From: Isurus oxyrinchus
Taxonomy: Eukaryota
Direction: 5' to 3'
Assembly: GCA_026770705.1 (NCBI GenBank)
Contig: JANJGN010000004.1
Span: forward strand, 69,192,001 to 69,256,000
Length of the DNA: 64,000 nt
The stretch's first letter is position 1, and the number at the start of each line of letters is the position of its first letter. The position numbers were made by a program, and so were the translations under genes. This document shows positions 49,980 through 61,777 of the stretch, in pieces. The notes below the pieces were generated by a model. That model was not told the origin of the DNA and did not search any database. It worked only from the letters and a program-made list of their open reading frames with translations.

Positions 49980-51730
49980 AAGGGAAGTTTCACAAAAAGG
50001 CTGCTGCAATGGAAATTCTGGTAAACTGAGCACTAGGGAAGACAGAGGGGTCAGACTGATGGGCGTAGTACTGGAGGCATTAATAGTGCAGCTGGGCAGG
50101 AGGAGAGATACCATGGTCTTGCAGAGGCCATGTGTCCCTAAAGGGCCACTCACAGAAAGGAATGGGACCAGGTGGATCAACTCCCACAGTCTGGACCCAA
50201 GAACCTGACAGTAGTGCCACAAGAGGTCTAATGACCTCACGCAATTGATCAAAGTCAGTAAGTTCATCTTAAAATGATATCTCCCACCCACTACAACAAC
50301 AACCTCTCATACTCACACTGCTCAATGTCCCACATCCCAAATACTCAACCAGCACCAGTCTCTCACACTCAGGACTCTTGTCCAACATCCAGATACCTCA
50401 TCCCCACCCTCACAGCTACATCTCATGGCCTCCACACATGTTCACTATTCAGCTATGGCTGGAAGATCACCCAAACACAATGCGACATAACCACTGATAT
50501 TCTGCTCTCTCTCTTGCAGCACAAGGTGGCGCACATTAGCAGGTAACAGAGCGGAACCGGCAGGGAGCAAGGATACCTCCATCTCCTGGCCTTACCCTGG
50601 AGATGATTTTCTGTGTCATGGGGCCAGCTGCAACAGAGCCTGGGAACATAGCAACTTAAGAACAAAACAAAATAGGAAATATGAGCTGGATCAGGTCAGT
50701 GAGTCCCTCAAACCTTCTCCACCATTCAATAAGATCCAGGTTGATCTGATTGTGGCTTTAGCTCTTTTCCTACCTGCCCCTTTCAATTAACCCCCCTCAA
50801 CCCCATAACCCTCAAGTCCCTTGTAGATTAAAATTCTGTCTAACTCAACCTTGAATATATTCACTGGCCCAGCCTCCGCCGCTCTCTGGGGTAAAGGATT
50901 CCAGGGATTAATGACCCTTTGAGAGAAGAAATTTCTCCTCATCTCTGTCCTAAATGGGAGAACATTTGTTTTGAAACTGTTCCTCCTGGTTCTACAAACC
51001 CCCACAAGGGGGAACATCCTCCCTTGAGGGGGAAACATCTATTCTGCCAAATGCCTTCAAAATCTTGTGTGTTTCAATAAATTCATCTCCCATTCTTCTA
51101 AACTCCAGTGACTGTGGGCCCAATCTGCTCAACCTTTCCTCATGAGACAACCCCTTCATCCAGGAATCAACATAGTGAACTCCTCAAGGGCAGGAAAGGA
51201 AACTCCACCTTCCAAAAAATCATACCTCTAATGATTATCATATATCCATTTATTTCTAATTTGTGCTATCAATTTATCCTTCTGTGGCATCCAATGTCGA
51301 AGAGAAGCTTGAGGATGACAGCATATTCCTGCCTTATGCCCCACCTTAGCACCCAGTACACCCTCTTCTTGCTATCTCACATAGTGAGACAGCTGCTGAT
51401 GGTGAGCCCATGGACCTCTTGCTTCCTACCCCAACCCCTCCTCCCTCTTCCCCTTCTGAGTCCCCTCTTTCAGAGGCCCAAGGACTGCTGCCTGCCCAGC
51501 CACAGGAGTCTGAGGAGAAGGAAAGAGAGCAACAGCACAGCAATTAATGAAGAGGCTCAATCACTTGATTTGACACTTGTAGCTATCAGCCCAGATAATG
51601 TACCTTGCAAACCAGTATAGAGTTGTGATCAGCACATAGTGAGTCACTGACCATAACTGGGCTGCAGCTTTGCCTGGGAGAAAGGATGGTTTGCTTTCCA
51701 GCTGATCAGAAAGTGAAGTGACAAATGAGT
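49980..51730 (+). pseudogene. Old Harbinger Myb/SANT remnant, interrupted by a CR1 3' fragment
   Basis: CHKRSNDLTQLIK at ~50215-50255, then an intron-like CA-rich tract and a TTGCAG|HKVAHI exon, paralleling CRKRMNDL...DKLAHN. Confidence 0.55.
50655..51180 (-). mobile_element. CR1 3' end fragment
   Basis: FRTEMRRNFFSQRVINPWNPLPQR; aligns with 24230-24710. Confidence 0.85.
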
Positions 51731-52567
51731 GCTGGTGCTGAAAGCAGCACGAGGACAGAGTGAGAGTTCTGGGAGACCCGAGGCTGAAAGCAGTGTGAGG
51801 ACAGATTGAGAGTTCAGAGGAGACTTGAGGCTGAAAGCGGCATGAGGGCAGAGCGAGAGTGGACCTTCAGGCAGTGGAGTTCGAAGTGGCATTATGATTC
51901 AAAAAGTGACACGATGCGGGGAGGCAGCTGATTGGTAAGTAGGGTCAGCTGAGGACTTCTACTTCAATTTTTCTACTAACTAAACTGCTGTAGTCCATTA
52001 GCTTAAACAAAATAAGGTGAGGACTTTGGACTGTAGTGGGAGTGTTTGGAGTAAGACCCCTACCGTAATTAGTATTCTTTAAAAGGAGTAACTAACGAGC
52101 TTAATTTAAAGGGAAGTCATGGCAGCAGAACTTGCACCCGTGATATGCTCCTCCTGCGCTATGTGGGAAGCCATGGATGCTTCCAGTGTCCCTGGCAGCC
52201 ATGTATGTAGGAAGTCTGTCCAGCTACAGCTACTGGCTAACCGCATTTTGGAGCTGGAGTTGCGGGTGGATTCACTGTGGAGCATCCGCGATGCTGAGAT
52301 TGTCGTACACAGCATGTTCAGTGAGGTGGTCACACCTTGGGTAAATACTGAACAGGCAGAAAGGGGATGGGTGACCACCAGGCACAGTAGAGGAAGGCAG
52401 GTAGTGCAGGAGTCCCCTGTGGATGCCACCCCTCTCCAACAGATATACCGTTTTGGATACTGTTGGGGGAGACAACTTCTCAGGGGAAAACAGCAGGAGC
52501 CAAGTCCATGGCACCACGGGTGGCTCAGGTACACAAGAGGAGAGGAAGAAGATTGGGAGGGCTATCC
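51725..52567 (+). mobile_element. CR1 5' end: repeat-bearing 5' UTR and ORF1 N-terminus (Cys motif + leucine zipper), 3'-truncated
   Basis: MAAELAPVICSSCAMWE...VCRKSVQLQLLANRILELELRVDSL; WVTTR; LSNRYTVL after a frameshift; 46-47-bp tandem units at 51738, 51784 and 51831. Confidence 0.8.
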
Positions 52568-52599
52568 ACTCTATGACCTCTGTTCCATCTCCCTGTTGT

Positions 52600-54300
52600 G
52601 GTGCAAACCAGGAGCCACTGCCACTGCTGTGCCGTACTTAATGCAGCTTTTGGGTGCACAAGTCACCTACTCCTCTGCTATTCCTGTGAGAATGTGACAG
52701 CACTCACTGGCAAAAGGAGGAACTCACCACTACACCTCCAAAACACTCCAGAGAACTTCACGACCCTTTGAGATAGAAAAAATTCCAAAAACGTAACTTA
52801 CCCGCAGTCTGGGTGGCTGGCCCTTTAAATGAAGCTACTGCTAATACATCCTTTTCTTTCCCCCAGGGTCCAGCAGGGGATGAAAATTTTTCTGAAGCCC
52901 CGGGGGACAAATTTGGTGGCTGCCAGTTTGAGAAGTCGATTGAAGCAGTTGTAGTTAAGGGGGAGGGGTGGGTTTTGGTTAATGGAGGTTTCTAAGTATC
53001 GGTTGCAGGCATCCCGGTTGCCCTCCCCCAAATTCCTAGAAGAATACAGGGAAAATGAAGACCCCAAAGTGGTAACAGTGCTCTTCAAGTCCCTTGATGA
53101 ACAGTGCCCTATAAGATGGCAGGAAACAGTGGAGAAGATTAACTTCACACTCTCAAGCCAAAAGGAATGGAAACTCTTGCACTACCCGAGAGTATAGCTG
53201 AGCATCAAACACACCAACCGACCAGAATCAATGCTGATGCCATCACTTCACAGCTCCTAATAAACTCAAAGATACCCAAAAGCAGGGAAGATAAGTGGAT
53301 GGTGAAAAAAAGCCCTGATGCAGTCTTTCAAACTACCCCAGAGCAGACAGGCCTCTCGAGCCCTTACAAACAAGAGGAAGTGAACAACGCCCTGACGGCA
53401 ACCAAGTTAGGCAAAGCAGCAAGAGTCAATTGTATTTACCCAGAATTCCTCAAGAACATCAGGTCACAGGGAAGGAAGTGTCTAATAAAGATGTTTACCG
53501 GCATCCACAGCACAGCACACCATCCCAAACATCTGACACCAATCCAAAATACTGGCCATTGCCAAGCCAGGGAAGCCACACAATGACCCACTCAGCCACT
53601 GCCCCATCACCCTGCTCTCAATAAAATACAAGGTCCTGGAATACCTCCTCCTGAATCCCACCCTGGAAGCAGCAATGCCCCTCTTCCACCCCTACCCCAC
53701 CCCAAAAACTAGGTTTTCGCACAGGCTGCAACTGCTCTGAGTAGGTCCTGACACTGACCTCACACATCAAGGCTGGTTTCCAGAAAGGCCTGAGGACAGG
53801 AACCGACTTTGTTGTTTATCCTGTGCCTCTGACACAATGTGGTGCACAAGCATGCTGTTGAAACTCTCCAAAATCATCCACTGTGTGAAAATTCTACAAC
53901 TAATCAACTCCATGATCAGCAACTGGCAGTTCAGTGTGCACTTTGGAGATCAAACCAGCCACCCACACATAACTAACAGCAGACTCCAGAGATCAGTCCT
54001 TACACCAGCTCTCTTCAACATATATACCAGTGACTCCCCCCCACAAAGTGATGGCTCTTCTCATGTATTGACAAGTTGGTCTTGGCTTTCCAGGCTGAAG
54101 ACCTTCAGGACAATGAGAAAATACTCACTGAAGGTTGATGTTCTCTGGAAGTCTACTTCAGAAAATGGAGACTTTGACCAAACACTGCCAAAACCGTTGT
54201 TTCAGTTCCACCTGAACAACTCAAAGGCCAGGGAAGAGCTTCATGTCCAGTTCTGTAGCCAACCAATCATCCACATCCAATGTCAAATGCCCTAGTACCA
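52600..54300 (+). mobile_element. Decayed non-LTR retrotransposon RT region (RTE-X-like)
   Basis: KLGKAARVNCIYPEFLK, PITLLS-like segment, QRSVLTPALFNIYTSD; many frameshifts. Confidence 0.7.
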
Positions 54301-54859
54301 CACTCTCCTCATCAACCTGCCTGCTGTTTGTAATTGGCTGCCGAACTTGGAGACAGCCTGATAATTGGTCGCCCTTAGGAAAATTGATCCGGAAGGCGTG
54401 CTGCTTTGCCGGCCGGGGTTACAGACCTGGAAATAGTCTCAATGGCCGAAAAGTCTGTAAGAGGGAAAATTTAGCCCAACATAACTGCAGCTTAATAGAT
54501 GTGAGTACAGATCTAAAGGGAAAAAAATGAAAGGTTAACCAAAGTGTAATGCTGAAAAAAACTGCAGTGGTCGGTGGATCAAAATTCCAGCAACATTGGT
54601 TAATGTTTGTTGATTAATTTCTTTAGAAAAGTGCTGCATGAAGCAAAGTTCTGTAAAGAACTGACCTGAAATAAGGGTAATGAGAACATGAGGACATCAC
54701 AGCATATGGAGCATTTTCTTTTAATAAAAAGAAGTAGCATGTAATACTGTAAATATCAGAAAACATGGATCGTAAAAAGGTCACGTTGCCCATCGTTCCT
54801 GCTGCTTTCATCAACCATATACATTCTACCCAAATCAAATCTCCGAGGGCTAACATGGG

Positions 54860-55415
54860 CAACAACAACAATCACTATCTAAATAGTGCTTAAAGCACAG
54901 CAAAATATCCAGGGCACTTCACAGAACATTATCAGATAAAAATTGACACTGAGGCAAAGAAGCAGCCATTAGGTCATGTGATTATATGCTTGGTCAAAGA
55001 GGTAGATTTTAAGGAGCATCTTAAAGGGCAAGTGAGAGGTGGAGTGGCAGGCAAGAATAGGAAAGGAAATCCACAGCTTCAGGCCTACGCTCCTAAGGGC
55101 ATGGCTGAAAATGATGTAGTGAAGAAAGATGGAGATGCTCAACAGGTCAGAGGTGAAGGTATGCAGAGCTCTTAGAGGGCTGGAGGAGATTACATAAGAT
55201 AGAGAAGGGCAAGGCCATGGAAGTTGATGACCATGAGAAAGAATGTTAAAATTGAGGCTTTGGTTAACTGGAAGCTTATAGGTCAGCGAGCAAAAGGGTG
55301 ATTGTTGAGCACAACTTGGTGTGAATTAAGATACAGGATTCAGAGTTTTGAATGAACCCAAGTTGCAAAGGGTGCAAGATGGGGGGCCCACTAGGGGAAA
55401 GCACTGGAATTGTCA
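54860..55415 (-). mobile_element. L2 LINE 3' fragment
   Basis: CAA-repeat tail; collinear with 40860-41400. Confidence 0.75.
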
Positions 55416-55629
55416 CTATTCCAATGTAAATAAGTTATTCCAGTAATTTCTCTTCATAAATATTAGTATAACTGATTTGCAAATTCCATAATATCATCTC
55501 ACTTGAATGCTGGGATCTCTTCTGGAATCTTCAAATAGTTTACAAACTCAAGCATTTTCTAACTGTGAGTACAAGTTCCTCTGGTTCTCTTGTGGAATGT
55601 GTCTGAAGATTTTCCGTTCATTTTCAAGT

Positions 55630-55765
55630 ATAATCACAAAACCCCTGTACTGAGGAAGTGGTGCATTGTTGGAGGTGCCATCTTTTGGAATAGCATGTTA
55701 AATAAAAACCCCATCTGTCTGTTAAGGTGGATGGCACTATTTGAAGAGTAGGGAAGTTCTCCTGG
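55630..55765 (+). mobile_element. Deu-domain SINE core fragment
   Basis: GTACTGAGGAAG...GGAGGTGCCATCTTT...GTTAAA...GGCACTATTTGAAGAG; reverse of 60770-60890. Confidence 0.55.
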
Positions 55766-58700
55766 GGTGGGAATTTCCAGCCCCACCCGCCACCAGGATC
55801 ATCCAGTCCCGCCAAAAGTCAATGGGCCTTTGGCTGAGCCGCCGAATCTCCAGTGGCAGGTCCAGCCATGACGCAGCCAGTAAATCCCAAACCGAGTGTC
55901 CTGCCCAATTTCCCTACCTTATTGAGAAAGTAGCCACAGGTCAAAGGAAATCCATTGGTTAAGAAGTGCTTTGGGAGCATATTAATACTTTGCTCTTTTG
56001 GTGAAAGAAAGAATTTTCCCCTCAAGACATTAATTTGCTTTTGTACACTAGGTACGCAACGGGATTGCAAACTGAACATGTTCTGCTTTTGATTTTCAAA
56101 GTTACTTCAGTTCTCTGTAGTAAATGGGGCTGACTGTTACTCAAGTCACACACTATAATTCATCGTATTGCAAGGCTTTTAATTTGAACAACTAAATACT
56201 TAGGAAATAACTTGTTAGTTTTACCACCCATCCTGCAGTCACTGTGACTAGCTGTTACTCTGGGAAATTCCTACAGCCTCACAGCAACCCACAATCATTC
56301 CATTGTCTCTCCTTGTGTTCCATAGCCTGAATTCCCTAGCAACTACAAGCAATGACAAAATCATGCAATAGTCTTGCACGTTTCCTACCTGGAACAAAGA
56401 CAATGTCATGGAAACATAAATGGCAAAAAGAGCTTGTGGCTCTTTAGGGAAAATTGAGAAATAGAAAAAAACTCACTTTCCTCATTTCCCACTGAGAGGA
56501 AGTAAACCAATCTTCTCTTACTCGAGACATTTCAGAAGGATTCAAGTATCAGTTCAAAAGTAATCAGGTAAAGTTTACTGGGATAGGGAAACGAAAATCT
56601 TAATATAACAATGTCATGCCTCTCGGGTTCCAGTTCCCTTGACGGGCACTTGGAATGTATCCCATGCAATCACAGAAAGGTACAAATAAATCATTCTTTT
56701 TAAACAAATACACCGGACCTTTTAGAGCAATGGACACAACAGTGGCACCAAAGTACAAAAGAATCTCCCCATAAATTAAGAACACACCCCACCTATACGA
56801 CATACAAGAGAGTTTCATTGTGCAGGAAGAATGCAGCGCTTCTCTACAATAGTACAAGATCATCCCATTGTTCACAAAGAGCAAACCCTACTAGGAAAAA
56901 GTTGTGGTGTCCATGCTCTCCTGAAATCTATTACTATCCTCTTCATTGTCTACTACGTTTCGAAGTTTTGTGTCATCTCCCTGGGAACATCACTATATAC
57001 AACTCCCCCATCTCCAAAACCCCCTCCAGTCCGAAATATAACTGCTCATCTCTACTACCTACCTTCTGTCTCTTAGGCAGTTTCGCATCCTACCATTATC
57101 GCTGTTACTGCCGCTTCAATGATGCCAACAAATTCATTATGTGGAACTTTAACATACAACTTTCAAAAGTCCATATACACAACATCAACCCTCACCTTTA
57201 CTTCAAAGAACTCAATCAAATTGGTCAACCATTGACATGCTGGCTGTCATCCATATTTTTGCAAGTGACAATTAATTTTGCCTCAGATTATTATTATTGG
57301 CAATTATAAGACAGTCAGTTTAGCATAGGTGGTGGGGAAGCTTCAAGAAACAATAATCTGGGAGAAAATTAGCCACTTATGCAATATGAGCAAAGAAAGG
57401 AGAGCCAGCAGGAATTTGTTAAGGGAAAGATTATACATCTGACAATACTACTTACCCTGCTGCTCCCCAGTCCACTATTGAAATCTTCAAATATTCTTGG
57501 AGTTTTGAAAGCAGCAGTTTAAAATGTCACCCTCACACACTCCACACAGTTCTTCTGGGTTACGTGCAAGCCTGTGACCCTGCTGGAGCAAGGTGCAGCG
57601 AGGTCATCGCTGGAGTACATCGACAAATGGAAGTTCCAGCTCATAAGGCAAGTGGCCATTTCAAGTCCAAGAAATTGGAACCAGCCATGATGATTTCATT
57701 GTCTGACATTTCACAATGTTGTTATTATTCCAAGGGGAGGATATGCTGCATGGATAACTCGTGGGAGAATAGGGCTGGAAGACACAGTAAGTAGTGTGTA
57801 AGACAGTCAAAGGGTATGGGAGCTGATGAGAAATAAAGGTTAATGACCTCAGGAAGTTAGTCAAGCTATGTCTAGGCAGTATTTCATCATACCAAGGAGA
57901 TGAGCAAAGCTTGCATTGCACAAAGCATTTACTGTCACTAAGTTAAACCATGATTGGGGTTGTATGCAGAGCCTCATAAAACAGCTCTTTCCATTCTTCA
58001 CATATGTGCACAAATGGTAGCAAGACATACTTTATTACAGGTGCTTCAAATGGACTTGTTATCACTTTATCATTTACAAAGGTGACCTGAAAAACAACTG
58101 GATACAACCTTACTTGCAGGATGCATGCTCACACACACTCGCACCAGCTGTGTTGCAGGGCTAACACTTGTATGTCACCCTAGGTGATCTTCAAACATCT
58201 AACATCTCAATGTTGCTTACACAACAAGACAAAAAGCAACAGGCAGCAGCAAAATCAGATTGGAAGAAGGCTCCGTAACTTAGGACTACTAGTTTTAAGG
58301 TATTGTAGTCAGCCATTATGGGAATGGACTAGTAATGCTTCGGTTATTAGTTCAGATTCGCATGTGGCAATAACTGAACTAATACTGATTAGTAGGCCTG
58401 TAAACATATTTGTCACAGATATTCCTCAAGTATGGTTTATGATTTTTACCATATTAGTTTGCAACAAATATGACAGACAAATGTGTATTTGTTCTTACAG
58501 ATTCCCTGTGGCCACTACACATAATTAGATCGTAAACATGTTTATATTTATTCCCTCTGGTCACTGTGTGTAATCAGATGCTAAACATCTTCATACATAT
58601 TTCCCTCATTGAGTGTTAGCCTTAGCTTGGATTCATGCTTCATTCCAGGAATTAAAATGTTGCCAAATTTGCCCACTGAAATTTAGCAGTTTACAAAACC

Positions 58701-59184
58701 TGAAAGCTGAGACAAGTATTTGCTATACAACCCAAACCATTTCCTTTCAGCTAGTCAAGATTTTTATTGTTGTAATTTTGAATTGGTTGAGATTTTTCAC
58801 AAGGGATGCCACAACGGCATCATTGTTGTCAAGGGAGGTAAACTATGACTGATTGATGACAAAGTGGGAACAAACATTTATATTCAACAATGCAGTGTTA
58901 CTAGCTGGCCAGGGCAAAATGTTGCCATGGAAATCTGACCTAAATTCAATTAATTACAGAAGCTTTTACTTTTTAAGGTGATGGAAGGAGCAGTCCTATG
59001 TTCTGCCAAGTTTCAGAAAGCCCAGGGTTTCCCTTGGACCTCGAAAAGCATGCACATAATTACGTGAGTATTGTAGGCAACTTCCTTCTGTTCACAAGCA
59101 GCTGCAGTTCTGATTTCCACACACAAATGGGAAAATAAAATTACCAAATATGCTATGCACAGCATACTGCTATCTATCACAGAG

Positions 59185-59565
59185 CGATGGTGGTGCAGAA
59201 GTAATGTCACTGGACAAATAATCCAGAGGTCCTGGTTAATGCTCTGGGGATATGGATTGAAATCCCACTGGAGGTGGAACTTAAACACAATTAATGCATT
59301 CAATGAATTAATCAAAAATGATATCTGGAACAAAAGCTAGTCTGAATAATGGTGACCATGAAATTATCACTGATTGTCATAAAAACCCATCTGGTTCACA
59401 AATGTCCTTTAAGGAAGGAAATCTGCTGTCCTTATCTGATTTGGCTAACATGTGATTCCAGACCTACAGCAATATGGCTGACTCTTAACTGCCCTCAAAG
59501 GGCAATTAGGGATGGACAACAAATGCTGGCACTGCCAGCAATGCCTACGTCCCATGAAAAAAAAA
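59185..59565 (+). mobile_element. tRNA-derived SINE with LINE-derived 3' tail
   Basis: Degenerate A/B-box head; tail CAATTAGGGATGGACAACAAATGCTGGCACTGCCAGC...CCCATGAAAAAAAA resembles 11190-11247. Confidence 0.7.
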
Positions 59566-59671
59566 TGGAGTCTCTAGAATAATTCATAATCTGCAGTCAG
59601 ACACCAGTTCTAACCACTGAGCTTCAGACATCAGAGGTAAATACTGAATGTCCATAAACAGCATGATCCTA

Positions 59672-59784
59672 TTTCTCTTTAGTTTTGAAGAAGAGTCATA
59701 CGGACTCGAAGTGTTGCCTCTGTCTTTCTCTCCACGGATGCTGTCAGACCTGCTGGGTTTTTCCAGCAATTTTTGTTTTTGTTT
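59672..59784 (+). mobile_element. Solo PLE pLTR fragment with a decayed hammerhead
   Basis: Homologous to 17060-17165; flanked by CATGATCCTA (59662-59671 and 59785-59794). Confidence 0.85.
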
Positions 59785-60009
59785 CATGATCCTAACCTCA
59801 TTTGGCTTTTGCACCACAGCACAAAGTTCCTCTTTTTAAAAACGTGCTAGTTGATGAAAATGTGCATATATCAATAAATAAGATATGAGTGACCTAATAA
59901 AGTGCTTGAGGTCAGCCAGTTTTTATACCCAGCCGGCTGACTGACTGATCCTGAAGCCAACTGTTGCCTCCAGCTAGCTGTACATTATGATAGGTATATT
60001 CAATGGCCT

Positions 60010-60170
60010 TTCCCTCATCCATACTATTGTTACCTCCATATTAAATTATGCCAATGCTTTCCTGGCTGACCTCTTATCCCCTACCCTCCAGGAATGTAAG
60101 CTCATCCAAAATTTTGCTGTCCATATCCTAACTCACACCAAGTCCTATTCAGCCATCACTCAGGTGCTTC
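60010..60170 (+). mobile_element. L2 LINE ORF2 C-terminal fragment
   Basis: LIHTIVTSILNYANAFLADL...LIQNFAVHILT resembles the L2 LDYCNSLL...LQNAAAR segment. Confidence 0.6.
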
Positions 60171-60559
60171 AGCCTCCTGCTGTGCATCCTTGATGGGATA
60201 TTGTGGGGCGGGAGAGGCATAGAGTAAAGTAATAGTTAATGAAAAGTTGAATAGCAGGAGGGTAAGGGAGAGGAGATGATACAAAAATGAATGGATAGCT
60301 CAAAAGAAAGGAGGAAGGGCAGTGTTGGGAGTGGAAGAGAATTGGGAGGAGGTACAATGGGTATGAGAATAGAGCAATGGGAAGGGAGCCACTGTGAGCC
60401 ATAGCTTCCCTGCAACCTCTGCCCCAAATGCAGCCTGCAGCCCTTGGTAGCTTCTTAGCTGTCACATCACCCACCTCCTCTCACCTCTGGCCTGAAAAGA
60501 AAGAAGAAAAAGACAAAGCATTAAAGAGAAAAGGATGGAGAGAGAAACAAAAAGAAGAG

Positions 60560-60990
60560 AATAAGATTTGCATTTAGAGAACTTCTCATGACCACTAGAT
60601 GTCTCAAAGTGATTTATAGCCAATGAATTATTTTTTGAAGTGTAATCACTGTTGTAATGTAGGAAACACAACAGCCAATAAGTGCTTAGAAAACTCCCAC
60701 CATCAGTTATGCAATAATGACCCAATAACCAGATTTTGAGTGCAGGATAAATAATGGCCAGGACACCAGGGATAACTGCCCTGCTTTTCTTCAGAATAGC
60801 ACCACAGGATCTTTTATATCCACCCAGACAGGCAGGTGGGGCCTTGGTTTAACATCTCACCCACTGAGTGCTCCCTCAGTACCAGAGTGGAGTGTCAGTT
60901 TTCATTTTTGTGCTCAAGGCCTGGAGTGAGACTTGGACCCAGAGCCTTTTGATTCAGAAGCAGGAGTGCTACCGATTGAGCCATGGCTGA
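60560..60990 (-). mobile_element. Near full-length Deu-domain tRNA SINE (SacSINE1-like)
   Basis: Minus-strand head TCAGCCATGGCTCAATCGGTAGCAC (A box)...GGGTCCAAGTCTC (B-box-like), central domain, tail ending AAATGCAAATCTT. Confidence 0.8.
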
Positions 60991-61777
60991 CACGCTGACA
61001 CATTAGGGCAAGAAGCAGAAAAGATAAAAAGAGACAGAAGAAGCAGAAGAGAGAGAAACAGTAATACAGAGGCAGCACAGATAAGTAGGAGAGAAGTCAG
61101 CTTCAATATAATATGTGCTGTGCCAGGGAAGATTAATTTGGATATTACATAAACTTCCTTTAATTTACTATTGGTGCCCATAGCCATCTAAATGCTAGGC
61201 TTTGGAATTTCTTTAAAAAATCTCTCTACATCTTTATACTCCTTTAAGAGACAATATAGTGTCCTTAAAACACATTTATTTGGCTAAATTTTAGTTCCCC
61301 TTTCCAAACTTCTCCTTCTTCGCTTCAGTATCAATTTATGTCTAATCCTGTCCAGTATCTTTGGGAACATTTTGCTATTGTTTCCCTTGGCAGTTTTCAT
61401 TGACAACCCTAAGCCTTTTTTTTGAGTTACAAAATCTCAAAAACCTCTACTTTCAACCATGTTATGGTGCAGGAATAGGAATTCCTCCTCACAAATTTTG
61501 GGCCATGTTTTCCAAGGCTGTTTTATTCCAGCTGTTAGGTCAGTCCTACCCTCTCACTATAATCAGATCTCAAACAATATCCTGAAAGAGCACAGTTAAC
61601 AGCATTCACTATTAGATCATGTTGGTAATAACGTGACTATCAGAAGCATTAATTAATAGTAAGATACTAGAATACCAATTCGAACCTTTGATTCCATTTG
61701 TTACCTGCCCACTGCAAGATTGGGACTTAAAGCAAAGATTTGACCATTTGACCTATCTTTAACAAAGACACAGTTAA

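Noticed and set aside
47920-51860. Short repeats as a CRISPR-like array
   Set aside because: Head-to-tail tandem units with no unique spacers, eukaryotic context, and no cas genes.
60920-60990. tRNA gene
   Set aside because: The A/B boxes belong to a SINE head; I could not form a cloverleaf.
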